Source of the DNA: Bradymonadia bacterium
Lineage (GTDB): Bacteria > Myxococcota_A > Bradymonadia > UBA7976 > UBA1532
Length of the DNA: 64,000 nucleotides
Assembly: GCA_046290225.1 (NCBI GenBank)
Contig: JBKAGE010000053.1
Location: 7,834-71,833 of the forward strand
Direction of reading: 5' to 3'
In this document: piece by piece, positions 30,492-40,385 of the stretch
How positions within the stretch are numbered: position 1 is the stretch's first letter
Layout of the letters: every line of letters starts with the position of its first letter
Translations under genes and position numbers: made by a program
The notes under the pieces: model-generated
Told to the model about the DNA's origin: nothing
The model's database searches: none
What the model saw: the letters and a program-made list of their open reading frames with translations, nothing else

Positions 30492-32843
30492 ATGGCTCGA
30501 TATCAATCCCCACGTATTCGGTGGCTGGTGGCCGCTCTTGCCGCAGGGTGTCTGTTTGTGGGCAGTCAGCTGACGGGCATCGATGCTGCCCATGCCCAGG
30601 TGCCCGAGCTGCTCAATCACCAGGGCCGTTTGCTCGACGCCGGGCAGGTGCCCATCACGGGCACTCGAACCCTGACCTTCGCGGTGTACGACAGCCCTGA
30701 AGGTGGAGAGCTGCTCTGGTCAGAGACTCAAGATGAGGTGCTCTTCCAGAACGGCTACTACGCGGTCACGTTGGGCCAGCAGGGGGGCTTCCCCACAGAG
30801 ATCGCTGCGGACTCTGGTCTTTATCTGGAGATCACCGTCGAGGATGAGCACCTCAGCCCGCGCCTGCCCATGGGCTCGGCGCCTTTTGCCCTGGCGGCTG
30901 GCGTCGCGGACGACGTCACTGGAGACATCAACCCCCGCTCGGTGAGCATCGGCGGTCAGCTGGTGATCGATGCCGAGGGTCGCTGGGTGGGTGAGGTGAT
31001 GGGCCTCGAGGGCCCGCAGGGTGAGCCTGGGGCGCAGGGCCCCGCTGGCCCTCAGGGCGAGCAAGGCCCTGCAGGGCCACAAGGTGAGCCCGGTGAGCCC
31101 GGGCCGCAGGGCGAGCAAGGCCCAGTGGGTCCTGCCGGGCCTCAAGGCGAGCGGGGCTTGCAAGGTCTACCGGGCGCTCTAGGGGCTCAGGGTGATCAGG
31201 GCCCCATTGGCCCGGTGGGGCCTTCAGGGCCTCAGGGTGAGCAGGGCCCTCAGGGTTTGCGGGGTGAGCAGGGGCCTGTTGGCCCTCAAGGTCTTCAGGG
31301 TGAGCAGGGGGCCGACGCGGATCCAGAGGTGATCGCCCAGCTCCTTCTCGAAGATGCTGACCTTCGAACTGCAGTGACGGAACTGCTCTTCGAGCAATAC
31401 AGCGCCGAGCTGAGAGGTCCTCAAGGCGAGCAAGGCATCCAGGGCGCTGACGCTGATCCCAACGTGGTGGCCGGCTTGCTCAGTGAAAACAACGCGTTCT
31501 TGGAGCTCGTCGCCTTGGCCCTCGCCATTGACTATGCCGACGAGCTGCGTGGCGCACCGGGCGTCCCTGGTCCCCAGGGCCCTCAGGGTGAGCAGGGTCT
31601 TCAAGGCCCACAGGGCTCAGAAGGCCCTCAAGGCCCCGCGGGATCAGTGGCAGATCCTCAGGACGTGGCCGACATCCTGGCGGAGGACGAGCAGTTCAAC
31701 GCGGGGGTGGCCGAGCGCTTCTTCAATGACTTTGGTGACGCCATCCGTGGTGACGAGGGTCCCGAAGGCCCTCAGGGCCCTGTGGGTCCAGAGGGTCCCC
31801 AAGGTGAGCAGGGTGTCCAAGGCCTTCAAGGTGAGCAGGGCGCTCCCGGACCTCAAGGGCCTCAGGGCGAAGTTGGCCCTGCTGGCTCCGTGGGGCCCGA
31901 GGGGCCTCTGGGTCCTCAGGGAGAGCCAGGGCCCGAGGGTCCTGTGGGGCCCGCTGGCCCTCAGGGTGATCAGGGGCCCCAAGGTGATCAAGGCATTCAA
32001 GGTCCCGCAGGCGCACAGGGGGATCAGGGCGAGCAAGGGCCTCAGGGTGAGCAAGGCATTCAGGGCGAGCAAGGCGTTCAGGGCGAGCAAGGCCCTGCCG
32101 GTCCTCAGGGCCCTGCCGGGCCTCAGGGCCCTGCCGGTGACGGGATCCCCGATGGGGTGGTCATGCCCTTCGCACTGGAGAGCTGCCCCGCAGGCTGGGC
32201 ACCTGCAGATGGCACCAACGGCACCCCGGATCTCCGTGGGCGCGTACCCATGGGCGTGGGTACTCTGCCTGGTGCCGAAGCCCCCAACACCATCGCCCTG
32301 GGACAGGCTGGTGGCTCCAGCCGCTACCGGGTCTTCGCGCAGCGCAACCTGGTGGCCCTCGGCAACAACGATCGCGCCATCCAAGGCACGGGCCTGCGCT
32401 GGTTCGGTGACGACGATCAGCAAGAGTCGGTGTCTTTCGCCAACAACGACGCCAACGCCGACAGCGGCGATCAAGAGGGCGGGATGGCCCGTCACCTGCC
32501 GCCGTATGTGGGTCTGCTGTACTGCGTGAAGGGCGTGCAGGCGCCGTCGACGCCCACGTTCGCCGCCGAGGTGACCGACATCTTCGCGGCCCGGTGCAAT
32601 GTCTGCCACAACGCGAACTTCTCGTCTGGCGGCCTGGACTTGTCTTCTTACAATGCTGCGCTGAGTGGTGGGATCTCCGGGCCTCTCGTGGACGCTGGAG
32701 GTGATCCAGCGGCGTCGGAGCTGATCCGTCGAGTGCGTGCGCTCGATGGCGCGCCCTTGATGCCTCAGGGCGGCCCGGCACTGGGTGAGGCCGACATTCT
32801 CACGCTGGAGGCGTGGATCAGCGGAGGTGTACCGGAGAACTGA
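30492..32843 (+). CDS. Secreted collagen-like triple-helix repeat protein with a phage tail-collar domain and a C-terminal PSCyt1 (planctomycete cytochrome c, CxxCH) domain.
   Basis: Signal [35 protein letters not shown]. More than 300 aa of interrupted G-X-Y repeats ([25 protein letters not shown]...). Tail-collar-like motif [34 protein letters not shown]-terminal [60 protein letters not shown]. Confidence 0.8.
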   Translation: MARYQSPRIRWLVAALAAGCLFVGSQLTGIDAAHAQVPELLNHQGRLLDAGQVPITGTRTLTFAVYDSPEGGELLWSETQDEVLFQNGYYAVTLGQQGGFPTEIAADSGLYLEITVEDEHLSPRLPMGSAPFALAAGVADDVTGDINPRSVSIGGQLVIDAEGRWVGEVMGLEGPQGEPGAQGPAGPQGEQGPAGPQGEPGEPGPQGEQGPVGPAGPQGERGLQGLPGALGAQGDQGPIGPVGPSGPQGEQGPQGLRGEQGPVGPQGLQGEQGADADPEVIAQLLLEDADLRTAVTELLFEQYSAELRGPQGEQGIQGADADPNVVAGLLSENNAFLELVALALAIDYADELRGAPGVPGPQGPQGEQGLQGPQGSEGPQGPAGSVADPQDVADILAEDEQFNAGVAERFFNDFGDAIRGDEGPEGPQGPVGPEGPQGEQGVQGLQGEQGAPGPQGPQGEVGPAGSVGPEGPLGPQGEPGPEGPVGPAGPQGDQGPQGDQGIQGPAGAQGDQGEQGPQGEQGIQGEQGVQGEQGPAGPQGPAGPQGPAGDGIPDGVVMPFALESCPAGWAPADGTNGTPDLRGRVPMGVGTLPGAEAPNTIALGQAGGSSRYRVFAQRNLVALGNNDRAIQGTGLRWFGDDDQQESVSFANNDANADSGDQEGGMARHLPPYVGLLYCVKGVQAPSTPTFAAEVTDIFAARCNVCHNANFSSGGLDLSSYNAALSGGISGPLVDAGGDPAASELIRRVRALDGAPLMPQGGPALGEADILTLEAWISGGVPEN
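31000..32150 (+). repeat. Degenerate 9-nt/18-nt tandem repeats encoding G-X-Y collagen triplets.
   Basis: ggccctcagggtgagcaaggc-type units repeated many times. Confidence 0.7.
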
Positions 32844-32951
32844 GGCCGCTGGTCACGATCCATCTGTCTTTCTCGTGCAGTTCCTCCGCAGGGCGGATAC
32901 GGCTATAGGACATCGCGTGGTGGGATAAGGGCGACGCCTGTCCTTCGGCCC

Positions 32952-34541
32952 CTACGCCCACAAAACCTCGACCCGTCGTGCCGAGGTCGTCTCGTGTACT
33001 TCGAATCGAGTCTGCGGAACATCCGCCAGCGCTGCCTGCCGTTGGTCGAAAATCACCATCCAGCCAGAGTCGAGTGACAGTGCCTGCAGATAGCGTTCGA
33101 TCTGCGTCAGCGCATCTGGCAGCGGGTTGCCCCGGGAGGCCCAACGTTTGATCTCGATGACCTCTTGTTGCACATGGTGGGCGTCACCATGGATGGGCCA
33201 GCGGACATAGACATCCACCGAGCCTCGACCGAGGCCGTATTCTCGATCGATGAACCCCCCGCCGTTCACCACTCTCTGCAAAAATGCCATCAAGATGATG
33301 TGAGGTGTCGCTTCGGGGTAGGTCACCCCGCGCTGAGTCAGGCCACGGCCGTGTTGGCGCCAAAAATCAGCGAAAGCGTCCATCGCTCCGCGCATGTCGA
33401 AGCGCCCGTCGGGTAATATGAAGCGTGCCGGCTCCACCGCGATTTGGGGCTCGTAGTTCGCGGTGAGCCCACGGATGATCACTTCACGATAGATCGGGTT
33501 CGCCGGGCGTGCTGGATAGTCTCGGGCGATGAGACCCAGATCCCGCACATAGCTGAAGTCATCGTTGTAGGTGAAGTCCTGAGTCGCTGTTTGGGCTGAT
33601 GGTTCCGTGATCAGGGGCGCCAGTACACGCTGGACCGCTGGCTCGTGCAGCCTAGCCACCAGAGAGTCCAGATGTGTGGCCCGGGCTAGGATCAAACGCT
33701 CTTTGGCCCGCTCAATGTCTGCTGCCGTGATCGTCCCTGTGACGCCCATCGCGTAGAGCACCTCGGCGGCGAGGCTGTTCACCAACCACGGTTGGCCTTG
33801 AGTCAGCTCGAAGGCTCGGGCTCTGGCTGCCTCGTCGAATCTCTGACCTGTCTCTTCTGTGTGTTGAGTGTAAAGGGTGTCGACTTCATCAGCGGTGAAG
33901 TTGTCCAACACCAAGGAGGTCACTTTGATGTTGAAAGGACTCGAGGTGCCAAACCGAGAGGTGTCTGCACCACTCGCGGCTCTATAGTCGCGTACGTCTC
34001 GCAGACCACACAAAGCCACCGACCATGGAGCGTGATCTGGTCGGTTGTCGTAGCCCATGCGCAACTGCCGCAGAACCGAGACGAGGCTTTGACCTCTCAG
34101 GGCGTCGATCTCATCGAAGAACAAGGCGAGCGGCTTTGGGCATGCGGCGGCCCAGCGCCTGAGGAAAGTGAGCAACAAGCTCCCGTCAGGCAGGTTGCCT
34201 GCCTCTGTGTCTGGAGGGTGAAGCCTCAAAGGCAGCTGGCTCTCCGCTTCCAGCCTGATGCTTTGGATGATGATCTTCTGTGCTTCGGCGTAGTCGTCTG
34301 CAGCGGCCTCTCCTGCTTCGCACGAGAAGTAGAGCGCGGCGAACCGCCCCTCCGAGTTGAGCTGTCGGGCCACATGTTTGAGGGTGGTGGTCTTCCCAGT
34401 CTGTCGTGGCGCATGCACGACGAAGTATTTACCGCGCCGGACCAGATCAGGCACCTCTGCCAGTCGGCTCAGAGCTGGCACCATGTAGTGGTCGCGCCCA
34501 TTACATGGGCCGGTGGTGTTGAACTCTTTGGGCAGATCCAT
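32952..34541 (-). CDS. AAA-ATPase_like domain protein with a C-terminal PD-(D/E)XK nuclease-like domain (DUF1703-type).
   Basis: Likely start MDLPKEFNT at 34541; the ORF extends to 34730. P-loop YFVVHAPRQTGKTTTL. C-terminus GSVDVYVRW..EVIEIKRW is a PD-(D/E)XK-like D..E.K. Local GC is noticeably lower than the surroundings. Confidence 0.65.
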   Translation of the reverse strand: MDLPKEFNTTGPCNGRDHYMVPALSRLAEVPDLVRRGKYFVVHAPRQTGKTTTLKHVARQLNSEGRFAALYFSCEAGEAAADDYAEAQKIIIQSIRLEAESQLPLRLHPPDTEAGNLPDGSLLLTFLRRWAAACPKPLALFFDEIDALRGQSLVSVLRQLRMGYDNRPDHAPWSVALCGLRDVRDYRAASGADTSRFGTSSPFNIKVTSLVLDNFTADEVDTLYTQHTEETGQRFDEAARARAFELTQGQPWLVNSLAAEVLYAMGVTGTITAADIERAKERLILARATHLDSLVARLHEPAVQRVLAPLITEPSAQTATQDFTYNDDFSYVRDLGLIARDYPARPANPIYREVIIRGLTANYEPQIAVEPARFILPDGRFDMRGAMDAFADFWRQHGRGLTQRGVTYPEATPHIILMAFLQRVVNGGGFIDREYGLGRGSVDVYVRWPIHGDAHHVQQEVIEIKRWASRGNPLPDALTQIERYLQALSLDSGWMVIFDQRQAALADVPQTRFEVHETTSARRVEVLWA

Positions 34542-34650
34542 GAAGTGGAGTCTACTGGTGCGCGCCTCGGAGCGTCCAGGCGACTGCGTGTCATTGAACT
34601 TTTTCGCCCCTCGTGCGTGAGTACCCGAGCCACCCACTCGGAGTACCTGA

Positions 34651-35541
34651 ATGAAGCACCTGCTCGCGATCTGCGCCCTCGCCCTCGCTGCCACCACAGG
34701 CACCGCCATCGCGTGTTTGCACCCCGGCAACCCCTCGGTCCAGCTCGTCGAGACCGGTCAGAAAGCCCTCATCATGTATGCCGATGGTCGCGAGGAGCTG
34801 ATCATCAAGGTCGACTACGCCGGCTATGCTGCGCCTGGGCCCCTTGCTTGGGTCGTGCCTACACCTTCGGTGCCTGATCATTACGCCGAGACCGATCCGG
34901 CGCTCTTCGACGAGCTGCATCGACTCACCCAGCCTCCACAGCCGCGGAGCAAGGGGCTGCGCTCGAAGTCGAAGTCGGCAGCGCCTGCGATGTTGATCAT
35001 GCATCAGCCCGTGAATGTAGGGACGTACACCATTCAACCCATCGGCGCCTCGGGGCCGGAGGCTGGCCCTGCCTTGAACACGTGGCTCAAGTCCAACGGC
35101 TTTGGCGAGGTACCCGAGGCCAACATGAAGTGGTACCTCGATAAAGGGTGGACCTTCCTGGCCATCAAGACCGAAGCCAACGAGCCCAAGGGTGGCCTCA
35201 AGCCTCTGCGCATCTCGTTTGCTGCCGATCGGCTGTGGTACCCGCTGAAGTTCAGCAGCCACCAGGGGGACTTCCCCGTCACCGTGTATACCCTCACCAA
35301 GGAGCGGTTGAAGCCTGAGGCAATTGCGGGATTGCCCGGTGGGTTCAAGGCTGTGGGGCAGGCCCGAATCGTCGGTGGGGTAGGGACCTCTGCCCTGAAA
35401 TTGCTCATGGCCGAGATCGCCAAAGAGGGGCGCCTCATGATTGGGCGAGGCCACCTGCGTCGGCTGCAGTCCAGGCGGGTCAACACTCAGGCAGACCCCG
35501 TCGCCAAGTGGCCTGAGGACTTCTCCATCGCAGCGCCCTGA
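34651..35541 (+). CDS. Secreted hypothetical protein.
   Basis: Signal MKHLLAICALALAATTGTAIA. 296 aa, no motif recognised. Confidence 0.5.
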   Translation: MKHLLAICALALAATTGTAIACLHPGNPSVQLVETGQKALIMYADGREELIIKVDYAGYAAPGPLAWVVPTPSVPDHYAETDPALFDELHRLTQPPQPRSKGLRSKSKSAAPAMLIMHQPVNVGTYTIQPIGASGPEAGPALNTWLKSNGFGEVPEANMKWYLDKGWTFLAIKTEANEPKGGLKPLRISFAADRLWYPLKFSSHQGDFPVTVYTLTKERLKPEAIAGLPGGFKAVGQARIVGGVGTSALKLLMAEIAKEGRLMIGRGHLRRLQSRRVNTQADPVAKWPEDFSIAAP

Positions 35542-36198
35542 TCAGAAGCCGTCGCCGAAGCCGGGTGAACCACCGAAGCCTGGCATGCCTCCCATGCCAT
35601 CGGGGCCAGGTACGCTGAAGCAGTCCTGAGGATCGTCGATGCAGGCAGCGTTGGGCAAACACGCTGTACGGCTCTCGTCTCCCTCGTCGGTGGCGCATTC
35701 GAGCAGGCTCACCGAGATCCCACCCACAGAGGGCGGGTTGCACTGACTGTCCATCGTGCAGGGGATCGTGCAGTCGCGGGCGCCCCTCCATTGGGCACAG
35801 ATCGCCGTGGGGTCGAGGACCTGACACTCGGCATCGGTTTGACAGGGCAGGCGGGGCTCTTCTTCGGGCGCAGGTGGGTTCTCCTCGCTGGGCGCCTCTG
35901 CAGGGGGCTGGCAGATGTCGACCGAGACGGTGCCTACCCCTTCACAGCCGGCGCTGCCGCTGCACTCATTGCCTTCTACACTGCAGTCGAGATGACAGGT
36001 CGTGCGATCACCAAGGCGTACACAGACCGCCCCGTCTTCACAGTCCGCCGTTGTGGTGCAGGCCTGCGCTGTGTCGCCTGAGTATTCGCCGCTGGCTGCG
36101 CCGCCACCTGTATCGCCAGAGTCACCATCACCGTCATCGCACCCTATGAGGGTGATCATCAGGGCAGACATCGCCAGAGCTGTCAGTCGAGCATGCAT
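35542..36198 (-). CDS. Cys-rich lipoprotein with a Gly/Phe-rich C-terminus.
   Basis: Lipobox MSALMITLIGC. About 24 Cys in an acidic 200 aa. C-terminus GMGGMPGFGGSPGFGDGF. Confidence 0.55.
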   Translation of the reverse strand: MHARLTALAMSALMITLIGCDDGDGDSGDTGGGAASGEYSGDTAQACTTTADCEDGAVCVRLGDRTTCHLDCSVEGNECSGSAGCEGVGTVSVDICQPPAEAPSEENPPAPEEEPRLPCQTDAECQVLDPTAICAQWRGARDCTIPCTMDSQCNPPSVGGISVSLLECATDEGDESRTACLPNAACIDDPQDCFSVPGPDGMGGMPGFGGSPGFGDGF

Positions 36199-36306
36199 CG
36201 TACTTCCTCCGTGTGTGGTAAAGCGTCGAAGACACTGTACGGATCACGTGCGAGGCATCACAGCGATCGTCGCTGAACTCGTCTGAACAGAAGTTTGAGT
36301 GTGTTT

Positions 36307-39030
36307 TCAGGTGTTTGCTGCCCGACGCCATCCCCATGCGCCTGCCAGCGTGTAGCCCTCGGCTGTGGTCAGGAGCCATTGGGGACCCGTGTCGCCCAGG
36401 GCGTGTCGCAGCTTCTTGATGTTGGCGTGTAGCCGGTTGTCGTGACGCAGAGGGTGATAGTCGGCCTCGCCCCACACTTGGGTGCAGAGGGCTTCTTTGT
36501 CGAGGGCGCCGCCTGCCCGGGCAAGAGAGACCATGATGCGCCAGAGCAGAGGGCTCAGCGCGATCTCGGCCCCGTGGGGGCGCCAGATACATTGACGGGC
36601 TTCGTCCACACCCCATCCTGGGGTCCAGGGAGTGGCGGCGTGGGATTGCCCAGGGCGGGTGGATGATCGCGAAAGGCGTTGGCAGATCTGTAGATCGAGC
36701 TGATCCAGAGGCGGATCGCCACCGAGCAGCCATTGTGCGCGTCGGGCTGCCGTCGGTGAGACATGGGGACTGGCGGCGAGCTCTTCCAGTGGACCGAGAG
36801 GTCGTGGGGTGGTGTGCGCCATCCACGCCATGAGGCGAGCGCGGTGTGCATATCGAAGGCTGCCCATCTCTTGTGCCAGCACATCGAGGGCTTCGCTCTG
36901 TGTCTGAACCTGGGCAATGTCACCGGTGAGCAAAGACAGATCACCGAGCGTGCAGCGCAGCTCGGCCAGCGCCCGCCGATCACCCTGAGCCTCGGCGAGT
37001 TCGATGCCCTCTGTTTGCGCGCGGATGCCCTCAGAGAGTTGATCGTTGAGAGCTGCGCGCTCTCCTCGGAGCACATACGCCAGCAACTGCCCGTGCGGAT
37101 GCGAGCCCGGGTCGGTGGTGGCCCACAGATCACCATGGCGCAGCGCCCGCCGCGCTCTCAAAATACGCAAGGGGCCACGAAACGCCGGGGACACGTCGAG
37201 CAAGGGCGCATTGGGCGGTCGCCCCTCGACGCGCCCCACCTCCTCTATGGCGGCGCCGACTGCATGGGCAAAGACATCTGTGCTGTTGATCAGGGTGTCT
37301 GCCTGCAGAGTGGTCAGTGTGCTCCAGAGGCCATCGAAGTCTCCTGCCAGAATCGCGTGCTCCACTGTGAGCAGCTGCACGCTTACGCTGAGCAGCCCAC
37401 CACAGTGGGTCATCAGACGGAGCGACTCCAACCGCTCACCGCACGCTGTCAGATCGCCCTGAGTCAGGCTGTGGCCGGCGTCGATGAGCAAAGCTGATGT
37501 ACGTTGAGGAGAAGGCCTCATTTGAGCGATCAGGGGTCGGGCGAGGGCCATCACCTCTCTGGCGGGCTCGAGGGCGCCCAGCGTGATCAACGCCCGGGCG
37601 AGATCGAGCAGTGGCGTGGGCACCAGCGTGTCAGGGGTGGCAGAGAAGCGCCTTTGTTGCGCCATGGCCTCACGCAGCGCGTCGTCACGTCGATCCAGGT
37701 GAGAGAGGGCAACCACCCGGATGACCGCACCGCGGTAGCCTGCCGAGGCCTGATGCGCAGGAGGCGTCAGGTGGAGGAGTGCGTCGTCGTAATGCCCCAG
37801 GTTCATCAAACACAGGGCTGTGGCCAGCGCCGTGGAGGGCCCCAACCCATCGAGGGCTTCAAGGGCCCGAGCGGGATCACCGGCGAGCATCACGCCCCGT
37901 GCCCAGACCGATCTCAGCTCTGCATCTTCAGGGGGATCTGCAGGCAAGGTGGCGAGGGCTGCCCGTGAGCCCATGGCGACGGCAGCCCGCATGCGCCACG
38001 GCCGTAACGCGGGGGATTCTACCGGGGCCAGCAACGGCCAGAGGCGTCCGCAGTGATCCAGGAGTGTCTGGCCATGAGCGGTCAATAGCCGACATGCAGC
38101 GGCTTCGTCACCGAGCTGAAGCCACAGCCGCAGCGATTCGATGAGGCACTCTGGTGCTGTGCGCTGTGCCAGAGCAGTGGCGGTCTCACGGCGTCTCGCC
38201 AGGGACTCGGGTGTGCCCTGGAGCCCCTCGCGGACTGCCGGGTGAGCGTGCAGCAGGTCACCGTCGAACAGCACGAGGCCCCGGCGTCGGAGCATGCTCA
38301 GATCTTCAGCGTTGATCAGGTCGTCTTCCGTGGGGATGCCGCGGAGGAGCGCGAGGCGATATAGGGCGTCTTGAGCGGAGGGCGAGAGGCCTTCGAGCCA
38401 GAGACGCTGCGGATCACGGGCGCCAGATAGCAGCTGAATGAAGTGCAGTGGGGAGCCCCCTCCGTGGGTGTGCGCCTGTGCCCTGAGATCATCAGAGGCG
38501 CTCCATGCGTCGGCGATGACGTCGAGTGTCTCTCTGGGCAGCGTTGAGAGCGGGATGTGAGGAATACTGGCCAGGCCTTGATGCCGCCAGCTCAGCACCA
38601 GCCAGTGGCTGTGCCGGCCATATTGGCTGACAAGGTCGACGAGCGCCCCAGCATCGGGACTGCCAGCGGCATCGATGACCACCCACCAGCGGTGGACCTC
38701 GGCGAGGGCCACGGCCTCACTGAGCGGATCTTCCACGGCCTGCTCGGGGCCGTGGTTGAGGCCCGCGGCGCGACTGAGGGCGTGGAGCAGCCACTGAGCG
38801 AGGGGGGCATGCGCTTCAGGGCTGCTCACCACGAGGGTCTGCTCGACCTTGCGCTTGAAGTGACGATGCAGAGTCATTTGGGCCAGGGTGCGTCGGCCGA
38901 TGCCTGGTGGACCCCAAATCTGCACCACCGGCCCTTGGCGAAGGGCTGCTCTCAGCGCCTCGATCTCTGCTGTACGACCCGCTGCATGAGGGGGCGGGTT
39001 GGGCAGGCGGAATTTGAGAGGCAGGGGCAT
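36307..39030 (-). CDS. STAND-type NTPase / TPR-like regulator with a C-terminal OmpR/PhoB-type winged-helix DNA-binding domain.
   Basis: N-terminal P-loop VVQIWGPPGIGRRTLAQ. About 600 aa helical/TPR-like. The C-terminus LSPLLWRIMVSLARAGGALDKEALCTQVWGEADYHPLRHDNRLHANIKKLRHALG..GYTL matches the trans_reg_C pattern. Confidence 0.7.
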   Translation of the reverse strand: MPLPLKFRLPNPPPHAAGRTAEIEALRAALRQGPVVQIWGPPGIGRRTLAQMTLHRHFKRKVEQTLVVSSPEAHAPLAQWLLHALSRAAGLNHGPEQAVEDPLSEAVALAEVHRWWVVIDAAGSPDAGALVDLVSQYGRHSHWLVLSWRHQGLASIPHIPLSTLPRETLDVIADAWSASDDLRAQAHTHGGGSPLHFIQLLSGARDPQRLWLEGLSPSAQDALYRLALLRGIPTEDDLINAEDLSMLRRRGLVLFDGDLLHAHPAVREGLQGTPESLARRRETATALAQRTAPECLIESLRLWLQLGDEAAACRLLTAHGQTLLDHCGRLWPLLAPVESPALRPWRMRAAVAMGSRAALATLPADPPEDAELRSVWARGVMLAGDPARALEALDGLGPSTALATALCLMNLGHYDDALLHLTPPAHQASAGYRGAVIRVVALSHLDRRDDALREAMAQQRRFSATPDTLVPTPLLDLARALITLGALEPAREVMALARPLIAQMRPSPQRTSALLIDAGHSLTQGDLTACGERLESLRLMTHCGGLLSVSVQLLTVEHAILAGDFDGLWSTLTTLQADTLINSTDVFAHAVGAAIEEVGRVEGRPPNAPLLDVSPAFRGPLRILRARRALRHGDLWATTDPGSHPHGQLLAYVLRGERAALNDQLSEGIRAQTEGIELAEAQGDRRALAELRCTLGDLSLLTGDIAQVQTQSEALDVLAQEMGSLRYAHRARLMAWMAHTTPRPLGPLEELAASPHVSPTAARRAQWLLGGDPPLDQLDLQICQRLSRSSTRPGQSHAATPWTPGWGVDEARQCIWRPHGAEIALSPLLWRIMVSLARAGGALDKEALCTQVWGEADYHPLRHDNRLHANIKKLRHALGDTGPQWLLTTAEGYTLAGAWGWRRAANT

Positions 39031-39049
39031 ATCCTCAGATAAACACAGA

Positions 39050-40234
39050 TCACCAGCGGGCGCAGATCTTCTCTGCGCCGCAGATCGAACGTTGCTCGCA
39101 CTCGCTGTTCGCAGGGCAGACGGTCACAGTGGCGGTGTCGTCCGGGCACACCGGCTCGGCGTCGCAGACCACCTCTGCCACACTGCACAACAACTGCTCG
39201 CCACAGATGTCCAGCAGAACACAGGGCCGGTCATCGAGGCAGACCTCCACCTCTTCCCAGCCGTCCAAGCAGCGAGGGGGCACGTCGCAGTTGGGGATCT
39301 GCGTGCACGCCGTCTGACCGCCGCAGGGGCCCATGGCCCGTACACAGGGCACGCCGATGGGGCACAAGCCATTCTCTGAAGGTACGAAGCCCTCGGGGCA
39401 GAGCTCTTCGGGGGTCTCCTCGCGGTCACAGTCGAGTGATGCGAGGCAACTGATCTGCTCGCCACACCCCTCGACGCTGAAGCCGACAACGTTGGGATCG
39501 AACTCTGCACCGGCCTCCGCCTGCTCGAAGCCTTCAGGGCAGGCCAGCGGGCAGAAGTCCTGGCGCTCACAGGTGATGGGTCGGTCGCATGCCCTGACGG
39601 TGGCGCAGGTGCGGTTGGGGCTGCAAGACTCGACCTCTCGCCAGTCTCGAGGACAGCCCAGAGGTTGGGGGTCCATTGAGCAGCCTTCGGGATCGACACA
39701 GATGACGGGCGCACCAGTGCAGGTGTTGACGCCCTCGGAGCACTCACCTGCGATGGGACAAAAGGGTGCAGCCTCGGTGCCTTCAGGGCACTGAGGACCA
39801 CACTGGTTTTCCGGGGGCTCTGCATCAGCAACCTCGGCGTCTATCCCACCTTCGTTGCCCAGCCCGCCATCCTCCTCGGGTTGGGGCATGGCCACGACCT
39901 CGGCGTCAGGATCCTCCGGCGGGGGGGCGGCGAGGCCAGCGTCGGGGTTCGGGCGCTCATTGCCTGGGAAGGTGGGGGCGCAGATCAGCTGCTCACCACA
40001 CGCATCTGTCTCCACTACACAGTCAGCGTCTACAGGGCAGGCATCCACCTGGTCGAAGCCCGAGGGGCAGGCGAGGAAGGCACCAGGACGACAGGGCATT
40101 TCTGATTCGCCACCTCCGCCAGAGGCCGTGGTGTTGCCCTCGTCGAGGCGAGAGTCCTGAATGCAACCAGAGAGCCCGGTGGCGGAGAGGCCGCACAACA
40201 GAGCGAGAGAGAGGGTGAGGTTGAGCGCGCGCAT
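39050..40234 (-). CDS. Cys-rich repeat lipoprotein.
   Basis: Lipobox LLCGLSATGLSGC. Repeated CPxGF(E)..C..C modules with ~50 Cys. 19 nt upstream of the STAND regulator gene on the same strand. Confidence 0.55.
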   Translation of the reverse strand: MRALNLTLSLALLCGLSATGLSGCIQDSRLDEGNTTASGGGGESEMPCRPGAFLACPSGFDQVDACPVDADCVVETDACGEQLICAPTFPGNERPNPDAGLAAPPPEDPDAEVVAMPQPEEDGGLGNEGGIDAEVADAEPPENQCGPQCPEGTEAAPFCPIAGECSEGVNTCTGAPVICVDPEGCSMDPQPLGCPRDWREVESCSPNRTCATVRACDRPITCERQDFCPLACPEGFEQAEAGAEFDPNVVGFSVEGCGEQISCLASLDCDREETPEELCPEGFVPSENGLCPIGVPCVRAMGPCGGQTACTQIPNCDVPPRCLDGWEEVEVCLDDRPCVLLDICGEQLLCSVAEVVCDAEPVCPDDTATVTVCPANSECEQRSICGAEKICARW

Positions 40235-40385
40235 GGATGGTCCTTCACGGGTCGATGCGCTCTGCCCTTTTCACACAGCGTACCAACATGAGGTTGCTCG
40301 TGATTTCAGCAGGTTGGCGCTGCACACTCCCGACAGGCCTCAGAAAAACGTGGCCTCGGGCACAAATGACTGATGACCTGAGCAC

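Noticed and set aside
34651-35541. Naming the secreted 296-aa protein as DUF2330.
   Set aside because: This was only a vague recollection with no motif I could verify from memory, so I left it as a hypothetical secreted protein.
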